IMG/VR virus record: IMGVR_UViG_3300017766_003100
Coordinates: 96,001-160,000 of that record
Length of the DNA: 64,000 nucleotides
Direction: 5' to 3' (one strand)
From: a virus
Lineage: Duplodnaviria > Caudoviricetes
Under the pieces are notes generated by a model. That model was not told the origin of the DNA and searched no databases. It saw nothing but the letters and a program-made list of their open reading frames with translations. This document shows positions 49,501 to 57,349 of this stretch, piece after piece. Position numbers and translations under genes: made by a program. The stretch's first letter is position 1; each line of letters begins with the position of its first letter.

Positions 49501-50107
49501 GGATGTATCAAATGTTACAAATATGTCTGGTATGTTTAGTAGTACATTAGCGTTCAACCAACCTTTAAGTGGATGGAATGTTTCTAATGCAACTAATATG
49601 AGTAGTATGTTTTCAAATACTGCAGTATTTAATCAAGATATTAGTGGATGGGATGTATCAAATGTTACAAATATGCTTAGTATGTTTGGTAGTGCCTCAG
49701 CATTCAATCAACCTTTAAATGGGTGGAATGTATCGAGTGTAATAACTATGTTTGGTATGTTCCAAAACGCATCATCATTTGACCAACCAATAGACCTTTG
49801 GAATGTTTCTAATGTTACAGTTATGACTGGAATGTTCAATAACGCAATAACCTTTAATCAAGATATTAGTACTTGGAATATATCTAACGTTACTGATATG
49901 ACATCAATGTTAGATAATTGTGGAATGAATCAAAGTAAATATGAGGCATTATTAGTTAATTGGAATTTATTACCATCATTACAACTTAATGTGATTTTTG
50001 GTGTGAGTGGAAGACAATATCAAATAGGAAGTCCTAGTGACATTGCAAGGTCAAATATCATTGGAACATACGCTTGGACATTTATAGGAGACACCGCAGT
50101 ACCATAA
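46514..50107 (+). CDS. Tail fibre/adhesin-like protein: SprB-like repeats, PKD-like domain, C-terminal DUF285 (BspA-like) repeats
   Basis: About 6 G(G)TxPY.. SprB-type units; FDVDWGDG; 10 full 25-aa repeats FNQ(D/P)(I/L)SGW(D/N)VSNVTNMxxMF. Confidence 0.8.
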   Translation: MACSLFVTLTGYTGDCSNTNSGAFGLTIDGTAPDYTIQWINPSYGTIPLGAGVTGYSVNSLSAGTYSLYVVDSCPSGNTYSLLNVYISSGSCVSILDSSNTSCGFDNGSITTATSNLYFASTYYLYELNDGFISSGVTQNTSYEFNSLSAGTYYVIADDGGGCSGKSESCIIKSSSTLNFGLYQINNSACVNSLGSLYVTGLTGTPPYTYSWLPNGETTSFITGLTNGSYSVVVTDGLGCTTSQGAIIGQVPTLGTILLNDVQPSCFSATGETTLYISGGTAPYHIQGSNGEIAITFSTIYTFTGLPAGYFSVVVTDAGLCQSTAYTTLLTPSALSVVTINVTNSNCNNTDGEISVSVFGGAAPYTYTLIDSSTNSQIGIQPVQNAGFIFTSLSSDTYTLLINDSSNLCPYSGTVVVSNNVLFTLTAQTTSTTCDQPNGSVTLGITTGGTAPYRYQINGFDILNVTGLTYSFTNLSSGNYTAIVTDANLCSQTLPFTITNLGSLDFVLSSTNPTFGNNGEISTLITDGTPPFTLNWSSNVNGQTGLTVTALTAGTYVLSITDSLGCTQTRSSILTGFNLVSSFETYNICEGALIDNGSNVRKGPQQMLIEGFTDLTSGDTNCILNQAIFEVEVTLSGVSATTTATTFYTGTSINDFPGDDDYYYAVRSLLLGFSGITDVIIEPVQNQITIATICNPSAEYVDAEIIIGIKIYYDISCEDTAPPVLVPFIFTIDTTKLSAGSSLVDQFQLPTVSGGYYDFDVDWGDGNTDVITTWNDSNTLHTYTATGIYQITINGQFSGFSFNNSGDVAKISSIEQWGILELGDSPGHFYGCVNLDLSGTTDVIDLSTTTTFLQTFRNCTSITTINNAEFWDVSTITDMTETFRNATSFNHPIGSWDVSNVTTTFRMFQTAFDFNQDISGWDVSNLVNAFNMFTSATSFNQPLNSWNVSNITNMSGMFQSALLFNQPLSGWNVSNVTNMSNMFSNASVFNQDISGWDVSNVTNMSGMFSSTLAFNQPLSGWNVSNATNMSSMFSNTAVFNQDISGWDVSNVTNMLSMFGSASAFNQPLNGWNVSSVITMFGMFQNASSFDQPIDLWNVSNVTVMTGMFNNAITFNQDISTWNISNVTDMTSMLDNCGMNQSKYEALLVNWNLLPSLQLNVIFGVSGRQYQIGSPSDIARSNIIGTYAWTFIGDTAVP
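49079..49909 (+). repeat. Tandem 75-nt (25-aa) DUF285-type repeats
   Basis: One degenerate plus 10 full units; 49404-49538 and 49554-49688 are near-identical at DNA level. Confidence 0.92.
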
Positions 50108-50108
50108 T

Positions 50109-50136
50109 AAAAAACCCCACCTAAAAAGTGGGGTTT
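50109..50136. terminator. Terminator between convergent fibre and ruvC genes
   Basis: AAACCCCAC-ctaaaaa-GTGGGGTTT; A6 run on the left gives a U tail for the minus strand. Confidence 0.8.
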
Positions 50137-50140
50137 AATT

Positions 50141-50740
50141 TTACCATATTTTTTCTTGTTTCATATAACCTAAAACACAACAATAAGCATCACTCATATC
50201 ATAATTTTCTTTTTTGAGTGTATTGTTTTTTGTATAAACCCAATTTATTTGGGGCTCTCTTTTTGCAACTTGTTCCCATATTATTTGTTTCTTATCACAA
50301 TCTTTTGGATGTCCACCAAATAATACGTATTTACCTTTTCCATTATCTTGAACTAACCAAGGGAAGGCATTCTTTCTTGAGTTATACGTTGATATATACT
50401 CAGGAACTATACCTAATATGTCATAGATTTCCTTTGAGATTAAAGTATTATATCTAAGTAGTGTTTGTATTGTATAAACATTATTTGAGTTCAACAGAGG
50501 CTCTTCTATGACCACATTTGTTATACCTAAATTTTTATATTCTGACAATTTAGATTTAAAAATTTCCGTTTTAAGAAATAATTCTTTAATTTTGTTGTCT
50601 TCTTTTGGTTTAACAATTGGTGATACGTGAGTTAATTCCAATAACTCTTTAGTTTCAATATCAAAAAGTGCCCAACCAATTGTTTTGGTGGACACGTCAA
50701 GACCTAGTATTTTAGGATTAGATTCAATTTTTTTGTTCAT
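50141..50740 (-). CDS. ruvC: RuvC-like Holliday junction resolvase
   Basis: ILGLDVSTKTIGWA, VVIEEP, DMSDAYCC (RNase H fold D-E-D-D set). Confidence 0.82.
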   Translation of the reverse strand: MNKKIESNPKILGLDVSTKTIGWALFDIETKELLELTHVSPIVKPKEDNKIKELFLKTEIFKSKLSEYKNLGITNVVIEEPLLNSNNVYTIQTLLRYNTLISKEIYDILGIVPEYISTYNSRKNAFPWLVQDNGKGKYVLFGGHPKDCDKKQIIWEQVAKREPQINWVYTKNNTLKKENYDMSDAYCCVLGYMKQEKIW

Positions 50741-50743
50741 ATA

Positions 50744-53700
50744 TTAGAAATCAAATTTCACTACAAATTGTTGAATACCCGTTCTTGGATAAGGTGATTG
50801 TAGCTTAGAAACAATCATAAGTGTTTTATCAGAATCGTAAAGACCTATTTCACTTATATGAACTTTTTTGGTATTATCCCAAGTTGGATTTGATGATGCT
50901 AAAAATTCAGATTGGCCTAAATTTATTTTATATCTCATCTCATAAATTGTTGCTTGAATATCAGTTTCAATGTTACCATAAAAATAATATTCATCACCAA
51001 AATTAAGATTTGTTGTAGTACCTGTTGGCAAGTGAATATAATCAGTTAAGACATATGTATCGGCATTATCATATAAATCTTGAGTAATAACAAAAGTATT
51101 ACCAGTTAACCCTGATTGGGTTAAGAAACCATTTATTGTTGAACCACTTAATTGGTCTGTAAAATCAATAATTTTCCATTCTGTTGGTTCTGGTCTACCA
51201 TTACCATCAATTTTTTGACATATAATTTCAAACTTATTTGCAATAAATCCGTTTTGTACATTACAGAATTCAGAACAAATTGTACTTGCGGTAACAGCTG
51301 AATATGTCGGACAAGTTCCAGTATAACTTCCATAAGTAGTTTCCTCTGAGACTTGAACAATTGCAGAATCTAAAGAACCATCCAAAGTTATAGCACAACC
51401 ACTATATGTAATTCCTGAAGTTATAATTGTTTCATCTGAAATAATAAAACTACAATCAACGACTTTAATTGTTGCACTATTTGCAGTTGTACTTGCCGAG
51501 TAACTACTACAAGTAATATCTACACAACTTTCAAATAAACTTGTTGTTAAACCAGTAACAGGAACAACATCAGGTGTCCAAGTTCCAATTGGAATATCAT
51601 TTTCAGTTAATCCTGTTAAAATGGCTATTCTAGTGTCTGCTGAATAAATCTCCCAAGTAGAATTATAATAAACCAATCTTTCAGCTAAATCAAAATTTGA
51701 TAAATAAAGATTTGTTGACCCACTCAAAGTATTATAATAAGGTATTGTTAAACAAGATTCATTTTCAACACATAATGTGACACATAATAAAGGATTATAA
51801 TTACATTCAGTATAACCTGTTATACCTCCTTCAAAATCAATTGTAAAGTCACCTATTAATCCACCATTTGTAAAATTAATTATTAGGTCAGTACTATTAT
51901 TGTTGGTTCTAATTACCCAATCATTACCATCATAAAAAATATTAGATATCAGTCCCTCGCCAAGAAAACTTCTAAATATTGGGTAACCATTCAAATTTTG
52001 GTCTGTGTTAATAAATGGATAAGCACTATAAGCGTTAGGGGATGTGTCTGGTTGTGGTAAAAACCAAAATGTGAAACCAGAATACCAACAAGGAGTAATA
52101 GATGTGTTAGCCGTAGCTAAACATGAAAATTCATCACCGAATCTTACACTAACATTTTGTGAAGATATTGGATTACAAGAAACATTAGGACCTTGAATAC
52201 TTTGATAGTAATTACAATGTAATGAATTTGTAAATCCTAAATCGTTTGATAATCTGTATGTCACATAAAAATATTCTGTATTACCAGTTAAAATGCCCTC
52301 AACTGAATTATTGTCTAGACCACAAATATTTGGTGTTATTAATGAAACTTTTGGTGCTGGTAAAGTCCAATTTCGATTTGACTTATATGACATTGCCGCG
52401 AGTAATTCTTCGTCATCAATAACAATTATTTTCAAGTCAGGAAATACTTTACCAACTCTATTTGGAATATTAGGCGTTGGTGCATTAGGATTTGGATTGT
52501 CATCCCACAAATGGAAATATCTTATACCAGGGTCATTCATATCAACATTCTTTGTTGATTTTAAATAATTAACTTGGAATAATTCCAAATCTTCAAAACC
52601 TGGTGGGTCAACCCAAAATGTTTGTCCTAAACAACAATTTGGATTTTTGTGCCACATAATCCAAGGTAAATGTATTTTGAAGTTTCTACCTTGACCAGTG
52701 GTGTCATTTGTTGTATCGTCAAATGGTTGCATTGCAAACTTTTCACCATAGAATAAATCAATTGTCTGATTTGTATAATGTATAATACCAATAGCTTTTT
52801 GGTCTTCAGGTAACACATTTACAACTTCATCAAATGAATTAAAATAAAAAGTTGAGCTAGTATCAGTTTGTCCACTACTTGAAGCATAACCCAAATATTC
52901 TTTAGTACCTAAGTAATTAACTGAACCAAATTTTGTATAATCATTTGAAACTGATGAGTCTAATCCTGCAGGACTTTCAGACCAAGGAATATTCATATTC
53001 CAAATCTTAACATCAAATTGGTCTGTATAACAAACAGATTCAAAGTTTATTACATTATCATTCCAATGTCTGAATGGAGTTATACTATCGTATATTTCAG
53101 TCATTTTTGGAGGGTATATAATAGTTCTTGCATAACAATCATTACCCAAATATGAGAAGTCAGGAGTTGGTCTATCTAATGTAATTGTATTCAAACAAAC
53201 TCCAACAATTCTATATGTTAAAATTGGGAAACAACTTTGTAAAGTCACTACACAATCTGGTGGTGCTGGTTGTGGACAAGCATTACTTGGTGTTGGTGTT
53301 GGACAAAACGTTGCACTAGGTGTTGGAGTTGGTGTAGGACTATCACAAGGAAATAAATTTGTGCTTGTGGGTGTTGGGGTTTGTGACACTGGGAACGATG
53401 GTGTCATTGATGGTGTTGGCGACACTGTTGGAGTTGGTGTAGGTGTTGGAAGATTTGAACAATTACAATCAACCAAACCAGTACCATCATAATAAATTGT
53501 TATTATATCACCAACGGCAAATCCTCTAACAACACTTGGATTACAACTATTAAAAACTAAATCAATTGTATTAGTACCATTCAATGTGTTCATCTGAACA
53601 ACATAGTTTGAATTAATAGTGTATAAATTATTTGTTAATGCACTCCAAGTATAATAGTTGGTATCATCTATTGGAGTTCCACTGAAAAACCCTCTTTCTG

Positions 53701-54022
53701 CGGCAGTATTATAGACCGAATCAATAATAGAATCCATAAAAGGAACACCATATGTGTTACCCCCAATGTTATCTACATAGATTGGGTATTTTACATTTTC
53801 TTTATTTGATTGTGGTGAACCTGCAATATTTTGAGCATTGAAACTTGGTTCGAAGACAAAGTAATTTGTCGGATTAAAATTAGGTATAACATTATAACTT
53901 ACTTCACTATCACCAATTTGGAAATAAGAAATATTGAAGTTACCTTCAGATAGTTTTTGTCTACCAGCATCTGTTAACCTTGTGTTTATTAAACCTGATG
54001 TATTTTTAAGAATATATCCCAT
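50744..54022 (-). CDS. Baseplate/tail-fibre attachment protein with split DUF3751-like termini and Cys/Pro/Thr-rich inserts
   Basis: N-terminal RLTDAGRQKLSEG..FQIGDSE and C-terminal ISEIGLYDSDKTLMIVSKLQSPYPR; internal (PT)n tract. Confidence 0.6.
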   Translation of the reverse strand: MGYILKNTSGLINTRLTDAGRQKLSEGNFNISYFQIGDSEVSYNVIPNFNPTNYFVFEPSFNAQNIAGSPQSNKENVKYPIYVDNIGGNTYGVPFMDSIIDSVYNTAAERGFFSGTPIDDTNYYTWSALTNNLYTINSNYVVQMNTLNGTNTIDLVFNSCNPSVVRGFAVGDIITIYYDGTGLVDCNCSNLPTPTPTPTVSPTPSMTPSFPVSQTPTPTSTNLFPCDSPTPTPTPSATFCPTPTPSNACPQPAPPDCVVTLQSCFPILTYRIVGVCLNTITLDRPTPDFSYLGNDCYARTIIYPPKMTEIYDSITPFRHWNDNVINFESVCYTDQFDVKIWNMNIPWSESPAGLDSSVSNDYTKFGSVNYLGTKEYLGYASSSGQTDTSSTFYFNSFDEVVNVLPEDQKAIGIIHYTNQTIDLFYGEKFAMQPFDDTTNDTTGQGRNFKIHLPWIMWHKNPNCCLGQTFWVDPPGFEDLELFQVNYLKSTKNVDMNDPGIRYFHLWDDNPNPNAPTPNIPNRVGKVFPDLKIIVIDDEELLAAMSYKSNRNWTLPAPKVSLITPNICGLDNNSVEGILTGNTEYFYVTYRLSNDLGFTNSLHCNYYQSIQGPNVSCNPISSQNVSVRFGDEFSCLATANTSITPCWYSGFTFWFLPQPDTSPNAYSAYPFINTDQNLNGYPIFRSFLGEGLISNIFYDGNDWVIRTNNNSTDLIINFTNGGLIGDFTIDFEGGITGYTECNYNPLLCVTLCVENESCLTIPYYNTLSGSTNLYLSNFDLAERLVYYNSTWEIYSADTRIAILTGLTENDIPIGTWTPDVVPVTGLTTSLFESCVDITCSSYSASTTANSATIKVVDCSFIISDETIITSGITYSGCAITLDGSLDSAIVQVSEETTYGSYTGTCPTYSAVTASTICSEFCNVQNGFIANKFEIICQKIDGNGRPEPTEWKIIDFTDQLSGSTINGFLTQSGLTGNTFVITQDLYDNADTYVLTDYIHLPTGTTTNLNFGDEYYFYGNIETDIQATIYEMRYKINLGQSEFLASSNPTWDNTKKVHISEIGLYDSDKTLMIVSKLQSPYPRTGIQQFVVKFDF
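53258..53452 (-). repeat. (Pro-Thr)n mucin-like tract with interspersed Cys
   Basis: LPTPTPTPTVSPTPSMTPS...CDSPTPTPTPSATFCPTPTPSNACPQPAPP. Confidence 0.9.
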
Positions 54023-54026
54023 ACAG

Positions 54027-54034
54027 TATAAATA
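54027..54034 (-). promoter_or_regulatory. TATTTATA motif on minus strand
   Basis: TATAAATA on + strand, 4 nt upstream of minus-strand start 54022. Confidence 0.6.
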
Positions 54035-54048
54035 TGTTAATTCATTTT

Positions 54049-54774
54049 TTATGATGTTATTACGTTACAACAATTACAACCAGTAATAACTAAATCAGAT
54101 AAAGAAAATGTATGTTGACTATTTCCTATATAACAATCAACGAATTCATTTTTATATAAAATATCTGTGGTTGTGAGTGTAAAATCTGTGTTATTTGTTA
54201 ATGAAATGTTTGACCATTCTTCATTATATGTTGTTAAATACAATGTTTGATTTTGACATCCAGGTATTGAGTTATAAGTTGAACCAGTACTTGTACCTGA
54301 AGTTGTTATTGAAATTGGAATTGTATCAATAACTAAACTTGAATTTGTAATTGCTGAAACGGAATTCAAATTTGGGGAGGATTTTACTAAATTAGAATGA
54401 CTCAATTTAAAATTTATTGTCACACCATCTGATAATTTAGGAAAAACTGAAACCTTAGTTACGTATTCTTCAGTTTTTTGTGATGGTGATGAATTAATTG
54501 TTTGAGAAGTAGTGTTTAAATATATTGTATATGTTATTGGATTTTGTGGTGGGTTAAGTGTTACAAAATTTGTAAAACTTCCACCTGAAATATCTGTAGT
54601 TGTCACAACATAATTACCTTTACACAAATTTGTGAATATTGGAAATGGTTTAGATGTAATACCATTATCAATTGAATATTGATAAGGAGGATATCCATCA
54701 AATGCTGAGATTGTTATTGCTCCATCACAACCACAAATTGTTTGATTAACTGTTATCGTTGAGTTTAATGACAT
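54049..54774 (-). CDS. SprB-repeat-containing virion protein (241 aa)
   Basis: CGCDGAITISAFDGYPPYQYSID...FTNLCKGNYVVTTTD. Confidence 0.6.
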   Translation of the reverse strand: MSLNSTITVNQTICGCDGAITISAFDGYPPYQYSIDNGITSKPFPIFTNLCKGNYVVTTTDISGGSFTNFVTLNPPQNPITYTIYLNTTSQTINSSPSQKTEEYVTKVSVFPKLSDGVTINFKLSHSNLVKSSPNLNSVSAITNSSLVIDTIPISITTSGTSTGSTYNSIPGCQNQTLYLTTYNEEWSNISLTNNTDFTLTTTDILYKNEFVDCYIGNSQHTFSLSDLVITGCNCCNVITS

Positions 54775-54790
54775 AAATTATTTTTATATT

Positions 54791-56284
54791 TTATATTCCA
54801 CAAATACCATTTATTGTTGTTGTACAATAGATAAAATAAATTGTATTGGTTAGTGGTGGTCCTGATGAAAGATTTGCTGTTAAAGTAATACTATAATTTG
54901 TTGGAGAACAAGGTCCTTGCCATCCTTGACTATTCATCAAACCAGGACCACCAATTGTATTATTTATTGTTGCCCCACCAATCCAAAGTGAAGAACTATT
55001 AATACTTAATTGAGATGGACTTATGTTTGTTACATCTAAATAAACATCTAATGTAGACATATTAATACACAATATATCAAAACTTGTAACTGAAACACCT
55101 ACAGGTAAATTATACGTATTCCAAACAAAATTTGGTATAAGATTTTGACCACCACAAGAAGAACCTCTATACTGATTTGGTATATTAGAACCCCAAGTTT
55201 GCCACCATCCTTCATTAATTATAAAGTTAAGAGTTGGTACACTACATATATTTCTGATTGCCGTTATTGTATAACTTGGGTACAAATTAGCATTAGATAC
55301 AAACCAATTATTCAATGGTACATTACTTGCTGTGAATGTATTTGGTGGTGTTGGTAATGGATATGTTGAAACAATATCAATAGGTGGATTAAATTGAGTT
55401 ACCAACTGACTTGATGGTGAACCAGATAAAATCCAATATTGATTCCAATAAATTAATTCATTTCCTGATGGGGATTTCCAAACTGGATGAATAACTCCAT
55501 TATTAGTTTCAAAATAGGCAATAATAAATGGAATTTGTATTAATGTTTTAGGTGCTTGTATTGTTATACACATATTATATTCCATAAACGATGGGTTTGA
55601 TGGAAGTTGTGCTAACGTGGTTGTTGTGGTTGTTGTAGGTTCAACAATTGTACAATTTATTAATAAACTAAAATCACCAAATTGGTCAGTTATCTGAACA
55701 AAATAAGTTCCTGATTCTAAATTTGTGAAGTTAGTACTTGATGAATTTAATGGTGGTATTGACCTTACAGTATTACCTTCATCATCTAATAATATCACTT
55801 GATATGGTGGAGTACCACCAGTAATTTTAACACCCAAACTTCCGTAACCACCACTAACTATTGGTGACGTTGGTTCACATATTGCACCCATAGGATATAT
55901 GGTTAAGACACCACATTCATTTGATTGTAGATAGTTTAGTTGGTCATATTTTCTTGGTTCAGGACAAGTTATTGCGGCAGTTTCAAAAACATCCATCACA
56001 GCATCCAAATTAGCCCAAGTTGTACCAGTTGGACATTGTAATTCACCTAAAATATAACTTACTAAATTATTATCGTAAAAAATTTCCCATTGTGAATCTA
56101 CTAAATCATAAACTATTTTAATTTCTAAATTTTGTCCACAACAAGGGTCATACCCAACATAGGATTTTCTACCATTAACATAACCACCTGGTTTAAGTGT
56201 TGTCTTAAATACACCACCAAAAGATTCAGAGGTTGCTGATAATGATATACAACTACAAGGAGAGACAGTTACAGATGTGGACAT
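54791..56284 (-). CDS. Modular fibre-like protein: Cys module, SprB-like repeat, Thr run, C-terminal PEBP/YbhB-like domain
   Basis: KITGGTPPYQV...FTNLESGTYFVQITD; PTTTTTTL; CGGQNLIPNFVW...SFDIL...GWQGPCSP..YSITLTA. Confidence 0.55.
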   Translation of the reverse strand: MSTSVTVSPCSCISLSATSESFGGVFKTTLKPGGYVNGRKSYVGYDPCCGQNLEIKIVYDLVDSQWEIFYDNNLVSYILGELQCPTGTTWANLDAVMDVFETAAITCPEPRKYDQLNYLQSNECGVLTIYPMGAICEPTSPIVSGGYGSLGVKITGGTPPYQVILLDDEGNTVRSIPPLNSSSTNFTNLESGTYFVQITDQFGDFSLLINCTIVEPTTTTTTTLAQLPSNPSFMEYNMCITIQAPKTLIQIPFIIAYFETNNGVIHPVWKSPSGNELIYWNQYWILSGSPSSQLVTQFNPPIDIVSTYPLPTPPNTFTASNVPLNNWFVSNANLYPSYTITAIRNICSVPTLNFIINEGWWQTWGSNIPNQYRGSSCGGQNLIPNFVWNTYNLPVGVSVTSFDILCINMSTLDVYLDVTNISPSQLSINSSSLWIGGATINNTIGGPGLMNSQGWQGPCSPTNYSITLTANLSSGPPLTNTIYFIYCTTTINGICGI

Positions 56285-56322
56285 AAATTTTTAAAAAAAT
56301 AAGTTTATTATACTAATCAACA

Positions 56323-56329
56323 ATAAATA
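56323..56329 (-). promoter_or_regulatory. TATTTAT motif on minus strand
   Basis: 38 nt upstream of start 56284. Confidence 0.5.
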
Positions 56330-56332
56330 CAA

Positions 56333-57313
56333 TTAAGAATGTTTTTCTATTATACTTTTCATAACCTCTATGTATTTAATTGTTGAACTATTCTTATCGA
56401 TGTAATCGAAGTAATTAATATTTTCTTTTAATTTTTCTAATGGATTTACGTTTATAAATTCACCTTTATAAAATTTTGACCTTTTTAAATCATCGGTAAC
56501 TCCAGCCATATGTAAAATAGGATGTTTTTCATAAGTTGAAATAGTATCAGTTGCCCAAGAAAAACTTAAATCCTCAACTATTTTTGTTTCGTGGCTAGTT
56601 AACCAAAGATTCCATAAAACCGCCCACATATCAGCTGTCCACATTTGTATTTCTCCCGATGGGACACTATGTCTTTGATTAAATTCAAAAACATTTTTAT
56701 AAAGTAATTGACAATCATTAAAAACTTTTTCCCAAAATGTGTAATCGGTATTTTTGATTAAATATTGAGCACCACCTGAGTTCTTATTATTCTGTTTTAT
56801 TGTATCAACAGAAATACCAATAACATCAGCCATTAATTGAATTAAATGTCCTTTTTGTAGTGATGGGTGTATAGATTCATATCTTTCACAACAAGTCATA
56901 ATATAATCATAATTGATATAACTTAAGGTATCAGATAGATACACAATATCATCTTGTAACAATTTGTTGAAATCAGGGAGTTCTCTAAAAATGATATCAG
57001 AATCGTGGTAAAAGTAACATTTCCCTAAATCAGGATATTCTTTCAACCATCTTGATAAGGCCATTGGTCTTAAACTTGGAATATATTTTTTATCTTTTCT
57101 ATCATCCAAATAATGATGTACGTTAATACCAATCTCTTTTAATTTAATTGACTCATCTGAAGGAAATGTATTTCCATTAACCATAACAAACAAAACGTGA
57201 ATATTTTCAGGTTTAATTCCTTTCTCAATAAAGTTTGTTGTATATATTTTTGTTTGCCAATGGAAGTAAGGGATGTCAGGATGAGCTGATACAAATACCA
57301 AATTATTGTCCAT
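56333..57313 (-). CDS. GT-A glycosyltransferase resembling peptidyl-serine alpha-galactosyltransferase / Hyp O-arabinosyltransferase (GT96/GT95 type)
   Basis: YFHWQT, YIPSLRPMALSRWL, HDSDIIFR (DxD), SGGAQY, WTADMW, PILHMAG in the same order as the SGT1/HPAT motifs as I recall them. Confidence 0.7.
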   Translation of the reverse strand: MDNNLVFVSAHPDIPYFHWQTKIYTTNFIEKGIKPENIHVLFVMVNGNTFPSDESIKLKEIGINVHHYLDDRKDKKYIPSLRPMALSRWLKEYPDLGKCYFYHDSDIIFRELPDFNKLLQDDIVYLSDTLSYINYDYIMTCCERYESIHPSLQKGHLIQLMADVIGISVDTIKQNNKNSGGAQYLIKNTDYTFWEKVFNDCQLLYKNVFEFNQRHSVPSGEIQMWTADMWAVLWNLWLTSHETKIVEDLSFSWATDTISTYEKHPILHMAGVTDDLKRSKFYKGEFINVNPLEKLKENINYFDYIDKNSSTIKYIEVMKSIIEKHS

Positions 57314-57349
57314 ACTTTTTTATAAAAAAATATAGAGAATAATTTGACT

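Noticed and set aside
49079-49909. DUF285 near-identical repeats as DGR template/variable repeats
   Set aside because: Differences between copies are mostly C/T and not adenine-specific, the copies are in-frame tandem units of one gene, and no reverse transcriptase is in the window.
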